Source of the DNA: Sphingomonadales bacterium
GTDB lineage: Bacteria > Bacteroidota > Bacteroidia > Chitinophagales > Chitinophagaceae
Length of the DNA: 49,079 nucleotides
Direction: 5' to 3'
Assembly (NCBI GenBank): GCA_046081865.1
Contig: JBJTWT010000041.1
Coordinates: 1-49,079, forward strand
Part shown: positions 9,332 to 18,700 of the stretch, piece by piece
Layout: every line of letters starts with the position of its first letter
Numbering within the stretch: the stretch's first letter is position 1
Position numbers and translations under genes: made by a program
Notes under the pieces: model-generated
Database searches by the model: none
Told to the model about the DNA's origin: nothing
The model's input: the letters and a program-made list of their open reading frames with translations, nothing else

Positions 9332-10546
9332 ATGTCGCAGACCAAACCAAGTATCACTACCTCGTTTAGCTACGAGACTCTCGAAGAAACGCTCGATATT
9401 CCTCCCAAGGCCGAGAGGATGTTAATTGGCATACCCCGCGAAACTGCTTTTCAAGAAAACCGAATTGCACTTACCCCCGATGCGGTCGGCGTATTGGTCA
9501 GTAACGGTCACGAAGTGATGATCGAGCACGATGCCGGCGAGGGATCGCATTTTAAAGACAAGGATTACAGTGAGGCCGGTGCCCGTATTGTACACGATAA
9601 AGCCACGGTCTATCAATGTCCCATATTGGTCAAAAGCGCTCCGGTTACCGAAGAGGATCTTTCGTTGCTTCAGTTCAATCAACTTATTGTTTCTCCCATT
9701 CACTTATCGGTGATGAAATCATCTATTTTAATGAAGATGATGGAGAAGAAGATCACTGCCATCTCTTTCGAGAACTTAAAGGATGATAGCGGATCGTATC
9801 CCATTGTTCGCAGTATGAGCGAGATTGCCGGTAGCGCCGTGATGCTGATTGCGGGACAATATCTCAGTTCTGCCAATCATGGTAAAGGTGTCTTGTTAGG
9901 GGGAATCTCCGGTATTGCGCCTACCAAGGTAATTATTTTGGGGGCCGGTATTGTAGGCGAATATGCTACGCGTGCTGCCCTGGCCATGGGGGCCTCTGTA
10001 AAGATCTTCGACAATAATATCTACCGACTAAAACGGCTACAAAATAATATCGGTCAACGGCTGTGGACCTCCGTGATGGAACCACGCTTGCTGGCAAAGC
10101 AACTTAAGACTTGCGAGGTGGCCGTGGGGGCGCTGTCTTCGGCATCCGGACGAACACCCATGGTAGTAACCGACGAAATGGTCAGCAATATGAGACCCGG
10201 TGCTGTTATTATTGACGTGAGCATCGACCGCGGCGGATGTTTTGAAACTTCAGAGATCACTTCGCACGAAAAGCCCGTCTTTACCAAGTACGGTGTTATT
10301 CACTACTGTGTTCCCAATATTCCTTCTGGATTTGCCCGTACGGCTTCGCAAGCCATCAGCAACGTGCTGATGCCACTGCTACTGCAAGCGGGCGAAGAGG
10401 GTGGATTTGAAAAACTACTGTGGCGCCGTGCTCACCTGCGCAACGGACTCTATCTTTTTAATGGAGCACTTACCAACTATCATTTAAGCCAACGTTTTCA
10501 GCTTAAGTACACCAATCTCAATTTATTGATGACGAGTAGTCGCTGA
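9332..10546 (+). CDS. ald: Alanine dehydrogenase
   Basis: Motifs IGIPRE…ENRIALTP, MSEIAG, GAGIVG, DVSIDRGGCFETS and HYCVPNIP. Confidence 0.9.
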   Translation: MSQTKPSITTSFSYETLEETLDIPPKAERMLIGIPRETAFQENRIALTPDAVGVLVSNGHEVMIEHDAGEGSHFKDKDYSEAGARIVHDKATVYQCPILVKSAPVTEEDLSLLQFNQLIVSPIHLSVMKSSILMKMMEKKITAISFENLKDDSGSYPIVRSMSEIAGSAVMLIAGQYLSSANHGKGVLLGGISGIAPTKVIILGAGIVGEYATRAALAMGASVKIFDNNIYRLKRLQNNIGQRLWTSVMEPRLLAKQLKTCEVAVGALSSASGRTPMVVTDEMVSNMRPGAVIIDVSIDRGGCFETSEITSHEKPVFTKYGVIHYCVPNIPSGFARTASQAISNVLMPLLLQAGEEGGFEKLLWRRAHLRNGLYLFNGALTNYHLSQRFQLKYTNLNLLMTSSR

Positions 10547-10547
10547 T

Positions 10548-11168
10548 CTACTGCTTGTGGTCATGAATAGCCAGCTGCGCTTGGCAAGTAGCGTACTCTG
10601 CCGAAACGTTACTGCCGATAATGACGATTCTGTCTTTTGTAAAGTCATTTAGCAGCGATTGATAAAGCGCAATACCCTCTTTGTCTAAGTTAGTGCAGGG
10701 TTCATCTAGCAATAGCAGGGGCGTATCGGAAAAAAAGGCCTGGGCTAATTTTAATCGTTGTTTCATGCCCGACGAAAAATAGCGAATCTGTTTGTTCTTG
10801 GTCGTGCCAAGCCCTGCTAGCTGTAGTGCCGTAGCGGTATCGATACCCGGCATCAATGGTTTAAATTGTCGATGAAAATCGAGTAGCTCGGTGGCGGTCA
10901 TCTCTTCGATGAGTTCCAGATAAGGGGCGCAAAAAGAAAGATAGCCATGTACCCGATCGTCGGCAATGGGCACTCCGTTTTGTTCGTAGCCGATGCTCCC
11001 TTCATTGATAAGCAATGCTCCGCTAATGGCTTGCAGTAACGTGCTTTTACCCGAACCATTGGGTCCAACGATGGCATAAGAAGTTCCGGAACAAAACTGA
11101 TAGGTTAGTCGACGAAAGATCCAGTCTCTGTTATAACGTTTACCGGTATCAGACAGCGATATCGTCAT
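10548..11168 (-). CDS. ABC transporter ATP-binding protein (orphan)
   Basis: Walker A GPNGSGKST, signature FSSGMKQR, Walker B LLLLDEP. Its start overlaps the lpxA 3' end by 20 nt. Confidence 0.88.
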   Translation of the reverse strand: MTISLSDTGKRYNRDWIFRRLTYQFCSGTSYAIVGPNGSGKSTLLQAISGALLINEGSIGYEQNGVPIADDRVHGYLSFCAPYLELIEEMTATELLDFHRQFKPLMPGIDTATALQLAGLGTTKNKQIRYFSSGMKQRLKLAQAFFSDTPLLLLDEPCTNLDKEGIALYQSLLNDFTKDRIVIIGSNVSAEYATCQAQLAIHDHKQ

Positions 11169-11955
11169 CGATGGCTCCTTTAGTAAAGCGTTTGATAATG
11201 CCGCGGGTGCTCTCGCGTATAAAAGTTACGATCTCGTCTCGCTCGTCGGTGGCCGGCATTTCTTCTTCTATGAATTCAATGGCCTGCGAAGTATTCATGC
11301 CCTTGTTGTAAACAGTACGGTAGATATCGAGAATATGGTTAATGCGATCGATGCTGAATCCTCTTCTTTTTAACCCAACGCTGTTAACGCCGGCATAGCT
11401 GAGCGGGTTGCGACCGGCCTTGATAAACGGTGGAATATCCTTGCTGACCAGCGATCCGCCGCTCACAAAAGAATGTGCCCCGATCTTTACAAATTGATGC
11501 ACGGCGCACATGCCCCCCAAGATGCACCAATCACCAATGTTCACGTGTCCGGCTACCTGGGTGTTGTTGCTGGTTATAACATGATCGCCCACCAGACAAT
11601 CGTGCGCAAAGTGGCAATAAGCCATAATCAGACAGTTTTTGCCGATCACGGTTTTTTCTCGGTCGCGGGTGCCTCTGTTGATAGTTACAAATTCGCGGAT
11701 GGTGGTGCCATCGCCAATGTGAACGGTCGAGTACTCGCCGTCAAATTTCAGGTCTTGGGGTATGGCCGAAATGACCGCTCCGGGAAAGATGCGGCAGTTT
11801 TTGCCGATTCGGGCCCCTTCCATTATGGTAACGTTAGAGCCGATCCAAGTGCCTTCTCCGATCTCTACATCTTGGTGAATTACCGAGAAAGGGTCCACTT
11901 TTACGTTGGGAGCCAGCCGGGCACTGGGATGAATATAGGCGTGGGTGTGGATCAT
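11149..11955 (-). CDS. lpxA: Acyl-ACP--UDP-N-acetylglucosamine O-acyltransferase
   Basis: Hexapeptide repeats plus PQDLKF, IREFVTINRGT, HFAHDC, HQFVKIG and GVNSVGLKRRGF. Confidence 0.95.
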   Translation of the reverse strand: MIHTHAYIHPSARLAPNVKVDPFSVIHQDVEIGEGTWIGSNVTIMEGARIGKNCRIFPGAVISAIPQDLKFDGEYSTVHIGDGTTIREFVTINRGTRDREKTVIGKNCLIMAYCHFAHDCLVGDHVITSNNTQVAGHVNIGDWCILGGMCAVHQFVKIGAHSFVSGGSLVSKDIPPFIKAGRNPLSYAGVNSVGLKRRGFSIDRINHILDIYRTVYNKGMNTSQAIEFIEEEMPATDERDEIVTFIRESTRGIIKRFTKGAIDDDIAV

Positions 11956-12069
11956 AAACGATAAAGGTACAATTAATTGATAATTTTACTTTGTTGAGCA
12001 ATTTTGCTACTATTGTTTCGTTATCCGACTACGATCCTCTGCTGAGCACTAACTAACATCCAATTGAGC

Positions 12070-12762
12070 ATGTTTAACCGAAACTATCTGGTACTATTTT
12101 TTGGCATCGCTGCCGTATTGTTTGCTTGTACGCACGAGGCGACCAGTCCCAATGGAGGTAGCACGCCCCCTTCTTTTTCCGCTACTTGTAGCGCCGACTC
12201 GGTCTATTTTGTAAGTGAGATACTTCCGATCATCACTTCCAATTGTGCCATGAGCGGTTGTCACAGCGCTAGTTCTAGGGCCGATGGGGTGCAGCTTACC
12301 AATTATTCTACGATCATGAAGTATGTTCAAGCAAGCAGCGCCACCCGTAGTAAACTCTATAAAGTTATTATAGATCCCAGCCCCGGAGATCGAATGCCTC
12401 CCCCTCCGCGTTCTCCCTTAACGGCAACACAGATTGCCAAGATCCAAAAATGGATCAATCAAGGAGCAAAAAACAACTCTTGTGGCAGCGCTTGCGATGT
12501 CAATACCTTTACGTACGCCGGTACCATCAAGCCATTACTCGATAACAAGTGTGTGGGTTGTCATAGTTCGGTTAGTCCCGGTGGTAATATCAACCTGTCT
12601 ACCCATACGTTGGTTCGCACCGTAGCACTCAATGGAAAGTTGTATGGCTCCATTGCCCATCAGACAGGATTTTCTCCTATGCCTAAGAATAGTGCCAAAT
12701 TATCTGATTGCGAGATTACCCAGGTGCAACGCTGGATCGCTGCCGGAGCGCTCAATAATTAA
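12070..12762 (+). CDS. Putative diheme c-type cytochrome lipoprotein (two related domains)
   Basis: Lipobox-like LFA-C. Heme motifs CAMSGCH (12244-12264) and CVGCH (12550-12564), each followed by 'MP…L…I…WI..GA.NN', resembling the planctomycete-type cytochrome c domain. Confidence 0.8.
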   Translation: MFNRNYLVLFFGIAAVLFACTHEATSPNGGSTPPSFSATCSADSVYFVSEILPIITSNCAMSGCHSASSRADGVQLTNYSTIMKYVQASSATRSKLYKVIIDPSPGDRMPPPPRSPLTATQIAKIQKWINQGAKNNSCGSACDVNTFTYAGTIKPLLDNKCVGCHSSVSPGGNINLSTHTLVRTVALNGKLYGSIAHQTGFSPMPKNSAKLSDCEITQVQRWIAAGALNN

Positions 12763-12770
12763 TGACAGCT

Positions 12771-13154
12771 ATGAAAAAAAGAGATCTTTTCTTTTTGTGT
12801 TTACTGATTTCGCTTGGCTTTACGGCCTGTTATTACGATCACGAAGAAACGCTTTATGGAGCTTCTTCTAGTCTGCCTTGCACCGATACGGTAGGTACTG
12901 TTTCTTACATGCAAAAAGTAGTACCCATCTTGCAAAGCAGTTGTTATGGTTGTCATGCCGGCTCTTCTCCATCGGGCAATCAATTGATGGGCACTTATGC
13001 GGCAGACAAGGCCATGGCTCAAAACGGAAAATTGATGGGGACCATCAATCATGCGGCCGGCTTCTCACCGATGCCTAAGGGGGCTGCCAAGCTCAGCAGC
13101 TGCAAGATTGCCACTATAAAAAAGTGGATCGATGCCGGTATGTTAAATAATTAA
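12771..13154 (+). CDS. Putative monoheme c-type cytochrome lipoprotein
   Basis: MKKR signal, lipobox FTA-C, CYGCH (12942-12956) and 'PMPKGAAKLSSCKIATIKKWIDAG'. An alternative ATG at 12762 overlaps the upstream stop. Confidence 0.8.
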   Translation: MKKRDLFFLCLLISLGFTACYYDHEETLYGASSSLPCTDTVGTVSYMQKVVPILQSSCYGCHAGSSPSGNQLMGTYAADKAMAQNGKLMGTINHAAGFSPMPKGAAKLSSCKIATIKKWIDAGMLNN

Positions 13155-13163
13155 TGGTGACCT

Positions 13164-13625
13164 ATGAAAAACAAAAAGATCCTTTTGCTCTCAGTTGTAT
13201 TGGCGGGTTTATTGGTAGCACTTTATGCTTATAACGAGTACAACCGTGCTCCGGTCAACACCGCTGCGGCCACTCCCGATGTTACCATAACCGATGCCGC
13301 GCTAACGAGCGAATTTGAACAGGACGAAGCAGGTGCCACGGGTCGTTACGTAAATAAATTACTAAGAGTACAAGGCAACTTGCTCGATCTTTCCACTTCT
13401 GAGCCCACCACTGCACAAGAAAAAGAATCTTATACAGTAGTGATCGGTTCTAAAGAGGGAGCCACGACCATTCGCTGCAGCATGGATAGCGGGTTTTCAC
13501 CGCAACAAACTCCTGTTCTGGTAGGAGACAAGATAACGGTTCAAGGTGTTTGCAGTGGTTACAATAAAGACGAGCTACTAGGCGCTGATATTGTTTTGGT
13601 GCGCTGTGCCGTAATAAAAAATTAG
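13164..13625 (+). CDS. Membrane-anchored OB-fold protein (tRNA_anti-like family)
   Basis: N-terminal TM anchor, then 'L..EF..DE..A..RY.NK.L.VQG' and 'GDKITVQGVC.G', characteristic of this OB-fold family. Confidence 0.7.
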   Translation: MKNKKILLLSVVLAGLLVALYAYNEYNRAPVNTAAATPDVTITDAALTSEFEQDEAGATGRYVNKLLRVQGNLLDLSTSEPTTAQEKESYTVVIGSKEGATTIRCSMDSGFSPQQTPVLVGDKITVQGVCSGYNKDELLGADIVLVRCAVIKN

Positions 13626-13665
13626 ATCATCACCCTTATTTTATAGTACCCAAAAATTATCTTTT

Positions 13666-14229
13666 ATGCTGAAAAACGTTTTAGTGTTATTTAGTGTAAG
13701 CTTGCTGACCGCTACGGCTGTTCATGCACAAAAGTTTTATACCAAGGCCGGTCGTATCGATTTTAATGCTACGGCGCCCTCTTCTCCCGAGAAGATCGAA
13801 GCTGTTAACAAGACGGTAACCTGTGTATTGGATGTGGCTACGGGCAATATACAATTTGCGGTACTGATAAAGGGGTTTACGTTCGAGCGTGCGCTGATGC
13901 AAGAGCATTTTAACGAGAACTATCTGGAAAGCGATAAGTTTCCTAAAGCGGAGTTCAAGGGCACCATTACCAATAACAGTGCGGTCAACTATATAAAAGA
14001 TGGCGATTATTCGGTTACCGTAAAAGGTAAGCTAACCCTGCATGGAGAGACCCGCGAGGTTGAGAGTAGTGGAAAGATCTCTGTAAAGGGAGATAAGATC
14101 AGTGCTAGTGCCGGTTTTTCTGCCGTGCTGGGTGATTATAAAGTAGAAGTGCCTACACTGGTCAGCGATAAATTAAGCAAAACGGCAAAGATTACCGTGG
14201 CTTGCACCCTGGAGCCATTCAAAAGCTAA
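13666..14229 (+). CDS. YceI-family periplasmic lipid/polyisoprenoid-binding protein
   Basis: Signal peptide plus LMQEHFNENYLESDKFPKAEFKG and GKLTLHGETR. Confidence 0.88.
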   Translation: MLKNVLVLFSVSLLTATAVHAQKFYTKAGRIDFNATAPSSPEKIEAVNKTVTCVLDVATGNIQFAVLIKGFTFERALMQEHFNENYLESDKFPKAEFKGTITNNSAVNYIKDGDYSVTVKGKLTLHGETREVESSGKISVKGDKISASAGFSAVLGDYKVEVPTLVSDKLSKTAKITVACTLEPFKS

Positions 14230-14235
14230 CCACAT

Positions 14236-15138
14236 ATGAATACCAACTTGTTTTTTCGCATCGGACTATTTCTTTTTGTGGCGTTTACTCGTTCGTTGGC
14301 CATGAGTGCGCAAGATGACCTGCTCTCCCTGCTCGGCGATGAGAAGCCCAAAAAGCAGCGGGTCAAGTATGCCTTTAAATCGTCCCGGGTCATCAATAGC
14401 CATTCCATGGAGTTCATCAATCCGGGCACTATGGATTTTCGCATCTTGCACCGTTTTGGTTCGCTCGATCAGGGGTATAAGAATTTTTTTGGGCTCGATC
14501 AGGCCAGTATGCGCATGAGCTTTGATTTTGGGTTGTTACATAACCTGATGGCAGGGGTGGGGCGAAGCACCTATAAAAAAGAGGTAGATGCCTTTATAAA
14601 ATATGCACCCATCACTCAATCGACGGGTCCGGGATCATTTCCTGTTACCATTGCCCTTGTCTCCGGTATTACCATAGACGGACTTCCGTGGGCCGATCCC
14701 AGCCGACAAAATTATTTTACTTCACGTCTGGCTTATTACAATCAACTAATTATCGGTAGAAAATTCAGCGAGGCACTTTCGCTGCAAGTAATGCCTACGG
14801 TGGTTCATAAAAATCTGGTACAGTTGGCCACCGATAAAAACGATATTATAGGGCTTGGCTTTGGAGGGCGTCTTAAATTATCTAAGCGGATGGCCTTTAC
14901 CTGGGACTATACCTACGTAATAGATGGCTTGCCTGAAACGGGTTATTACAATCCGCTTTCGGTAGGGCTTGATATTGAAACAGGAGGCCACGTATTTCAA
15001 TTGCATGTATCGAATGCGGTGGGTATGAACGAAAGGGCTTTTATAACCGAGACCACCGGGCAATGGGGGCAGGGCCAAGTGCGATTTGGATTTAACTTAT
15101 CTCGTATGTTTCAGCTAAAAAAACCCAAGCTCGATTAG
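14236..15138 (+). CDS. Outer-membrane beta-barrel protein, DUF5777-like
   Basis: Signal peptide, FRILHRFG…FFGLD, amphipathic strands, GLDIETGGHVFQLH and a terminal RFGFNLSRMF strand. Confidence 0.8.
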   Translation: MNTNLFFRIGLFLFVAFTRSLAMSAQDDLLSLLGDEKPKKQRVKYAFKSSRVINSHSMEFINPGTMDFRILHRFGSLDQGYKNFFGLDQASMRMSFDFGLLHNLMAGVGRSTYKKEVDAFIKYAPITQSTGPGSFPVTIALVSGITIDGLPWADPSRQNYFTSRLAYYNQLIIGRKFSEALSLQVMPTVVHKNLVQLATDKNDIIGLGFGGRLKLSKRMAFTWDYTYVIDGLPETGYYNPLSVGLDIETGGHVFQLHVSNAVGMNERAFITETTGQWGQGQVRFGFNLSRMFQLKKPKLD

Positions 15139-15187
15139 TCGGCTCAACTTTTTATATCTTTACGCGTCATCGAAAAACCTCCGTTTT

Positions 15188-15664
15188 ATGAAAAAGATAT
15201 GGTTCTCATGCTTGCTGCTTGTAGCCACGTTAGCCGCTACGGCTCAACCTCCCGCTGGCAATGCCAAGCCCGGCGAATTTTATGGCGAAAAAGTGAATCC
15301 CGAGGGGGCTCTCGCTTTGGTCGACGTTGTCAACAAAGTAATGGGGGGCAATGATTTTGCCGAGGTCAAGATCGTTGCTACGGTAAAGGATGTTTGTGCC
15401 AAGAAGGGTTGCTGGCTTAAGCTAGAGCTGCCCCATGGCGAAGAGGTGATGGTAAAAATGAAGGATTATGGTTTCTTTTTACCCCTGGCGGCCAAAGGCA
15501 AAAAAGTGATCATTGATGGCGAGGCAAAGATCAAGACCACTTCGGTAGCCGAACTTAAGCACTATGCCGAAGATGCTAAGAAGTCTCAGGCCGAGATCGA
15601 TGCCATTAAGGAACCTCAAAAGGAGGTGCGTATCACGGCCAAGGGTATTATGATTGCCCAATAA
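15188..15664 (+). CDS. DUF4920-like exported protein
   Basis: Signal peptide plus VCAKKGCW, VKMKDYGFFLP, ELKHYAEDA and EIDAIKEP. Confidence 0.8.
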   Translation: MKKIWFSCLLLVATLAATAQPPAGNAKPGEFYGEKVNPEGALALVDVVNKVMGGNDFAEVKIVATVKDVCAKKGCWLKLELPHGEEVMVKMKDYGFFLPLAAKGKKVIIDGEAKIKTTSVAELKHYAEDAKKSQAEIDAIKEPQKEVRITAKGIMIAQ

Positions 15665-15687
15665 GTATTTTTCATTGATTTTCTGTT

Positions 15688-15714
15688 AACTGCCCCGAAA
15701 GAGGGGCAGTTTTT
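15688..15714 (+). terminator. Rho-independent terminator
   Basis: aactgcccc-gaaaga-ggggcagtt followed by a T-run, downstream of the stop at 15664. Confidence 0.8.
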
Positions 15715-15720
15715 ATTTCG

Positions 15721-15728
15721 TACCTTTG
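15721..15728 (+). promoter_or_regulatory. Bacteroidota -7 promoter element (TACCTTTG) for ileS
   Basis: Exact TAnnTTTG match just after the terminator and 60 nt before the ileS ATG. Confidence 0.65.
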
Positions 15729-15788
15729 CACGCTTAAAAGCCCGTCCCCATTGGCTTTAGAGCCAAAAAACAGGGTCGTTTTTCTGCT

Positions 15789-18700
15789 ATGAGTGCCAAG
15801 TACAGAGAATTTTCAGGTCTTAACCTGCCAGCCATCGAAAAAGAGGTGCTGGAGCGCTGGAGTGCCGGTCAGGCCTTTGAGCAGAGTGTATCGCTGCGCG
15901 AGGGTGCCACTCCTTTTGTTTTTTACGAAGGTCCACCCAGTGCCAACGGCATGCCCGGTATACATCATGTTATTTCGCGCACCTTAAAAGACCTGGTATG
16001 CCGCTATAAGACCATGCAGGGTTTTCAGGTAAAGAGAAAAGGAGGTTGGGATACCCACGGACTACCCGTAGAGCTGGGTGTTGAAAAAGAACTCGGAATT
16101 ACCAAAGAGGACATTGGGGTTAAGATATCGGTATCTGATTACAACAAGGCTTGTCGCGAGGCCGTGCTTCGCTACAAGGATAAATGGGATGATATTACCC
16201 GAAAGATGGGTTATTGGGTAGACCTGCAGCATCCCTATATCACATTTGAGAATCGCTATATTGAAACCCTATGGTGGTTGTTGAGCGAATTATTTAAAAA
16301 AGGGTTGCTCTACGAGAGTGTAAGCATACAGCCTTACTCGCCGGCAGCCGGTACCGGACTTAGCTCACACGAATTAAATCAACCCGGTACTTATAAAGAC
16401 GTAAAAGATACCAGCTGTGTGGCCATGTTCAAATTGCTGCCAAGTGATCGCTCTCAGTTTTTATTTGAGCAGACCGCCTCGCAAGTCTCTACCGATGTGT
16501 ATTTGTTGGCCTGGACCACCACGCCCTGGACGTTGCCCTCTAACTTGGGTCTGACCGTTGGTGCGCAAATAGAGTACGCTCTTGTCAGCACCATCAATCC
16601 CTATACTTTTTTGCCGATCAATGTGGTGCTGGCCACGGCTTTGATCTCGAAGTACTTTAAGCCCGAGGGAGAGAACCAACCGCTGGAGCCAGGGCAAGAA
16701 AAAAGTAAGATCTTACCTTGGAAGATACTCACCTCATTTAGTGGCTCGCAACTCGAGCACTGTCATTACGAGCAGTTATTGCCTTTCGAGGCCAATAGTG
16801 CAGCGGTCATAGAGAGTAGCACACCCGGTGCAAGACCATTTAGAGTGCTTACCGATAGTTTTGTAACCACCGAAGATGGTACGGGTATTGTTCATACCGC
16901 TCCGGCATTTGGGGCAGACGATTATAAGGTCGGGAAAAAATATGACATCGGTATTTTAACTCTGGTAGACCGCGAAGGAAAATTCGTAGACGGAGTGGGG
17001 GAGTTTACCGGTCGCTATGTAAAGGATTATAAAAATGATCCTTCTTACATCGATGTCAATATCGACATTGCTGTCAAACTTAAAAAAGAGAACAGGGCCT
17101 TTAAGGTAGAGAAGTACGAGCACTCCTATCCACATTGCTGGCGTACCGACAAGCCCATCTTATATTATCCGCTAGATGCCTGGTTTATTCGCACCACCGC
17201 TCTTAGAGATCGTATGGTGGCACTCAATAAGACCATCAACTGGAAGCCCGCCTCTACCGGCGAGGGCCGCTTTGGCAACTGGTTAGAAAACATGGTCGAT
17301 TGGAACCTCAGTCGCAGCCGCTATTGGGGAACACCGCTTCCAATTTGGCGTACCGACAATGGCGAAGAACAGATCTGTATCGGGTCTATCGCGCAGTTAA
17401 AAGAAGAGATCGGCAAGAGCGTGGAGGCCGGTCACTCTATGGGAGATTGCAAAAAAGGGGCTCCCAATTTGACCGCTTGTATCGATCAATTGGTGAGCGA
17501 TCTGCATAAGCCTTATGTAGACGAGATCGTTTTAGTAAGCCCATCGGGCAAGCCCATGCGCCGTGTGCCCGATCTCATTGACGTTTGGTTCGACTCTGGT
17601 GCCATGCCTTATGCCCAATGGGGATTGCCCGACACTTCTTCGGGAGCTTACGGCCCTTTGAGTCCGGAAAATTTTTTCCGCTACCATGCGCTCGATAAAA
17701 AGACCGGAGCCGATCAACATTCGTTCCCGGCCAGCTTTATTGCCGAAGGGGTCGATCAGACAAGAGGTTGGTTTTATACTCTTCATGCCATTTCGGGACT
17801 GCTCTTCGATTCGGTCGCCTATCAAACCGTTGTCAGTAACGGATTGGTATTAGATAAGAATGGAAATAAAATGAGTAAGCGGTTAGGCAATGTGGTCGAT
17901 CCGTTTGCTACCATCGATAGTTTTGGGGCCGATGCCACTCGCTGGTATCTTATTACCAATGCCTCTCCCTGGGATAATCTTCGCTTTGACAGTGAAGGTA
18001 TTCGCGAGGTGCAGCGTAAATTCTTTGGTACGCTTTACAATACCTATCAATTCTTTGTGCTCTATGCCAATGTAGATGGGTTTACCTATGCCGAAGCTCC
18101 CATTGCCTGGAAAGATCGTCCCGAGATCGATCGCTGGATCTTGTCTTGTCTTCACTCTCTTACTGCGCGCGTTACAGCATTGATGAATGAATATGAACCT
18201 ACCGCTGCAGGTCGACTTATAGAGGATTTTGTGGATGAACAACTGAGCAACTGGTACGTAAGACTTTGTCGTCGTCGTTTTTGGAAGGGCGAGTATTCAC
18301 AAGACAAGATCGCGGCCTATCAAACCCTCTATGAATGCATGGAAACTGTGCTTCGGTTGATGGCTCCTATCTCTCCTTTCTTTAGCGACGCGATCTTTAC
18401 CGAACTCAATTCCATAAGCAAGCGACATGCTGAGTTATCTGTTCACCATGTGTTGTATCCGGTAGCTGACACTGGTTGTATCGATACCATGCTAGAAGAG
18501 AGAATGCAACTGGCGCAAGATGCCTCTTCGTTGGTGTTATCGCTTCGCAAAAAGGTCAATATCAAAGTGCGTCAGCCGTTGCAAAAAGTATTGATCCCTG
18601 TTCTCGATAGATCGATGCAAACCCAGTTGCAAGCCATTGAGTCGCTCATCAAGGCCGAGGTCAATGTAAAAGAGATCTCTTATCTGCAACCCGACAATAC

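Noticed and set aside
15188-15664. DUF4920 gene as a sixth member of the cytochrome/YceI/barrel operon
   Set aside because: It is co-oriented and shares the downstream terminator, but has its own promoter-like TATCTTTA at 15155-15162, so membership is not supported without synteny data.
15729-15788. Imperfect hairpin in the ileS leader as a possible T-box or attenuator
   Set aside because: The leader is only about 60 nt and has no T-box consensus, specifier loop or terminator U-tract.
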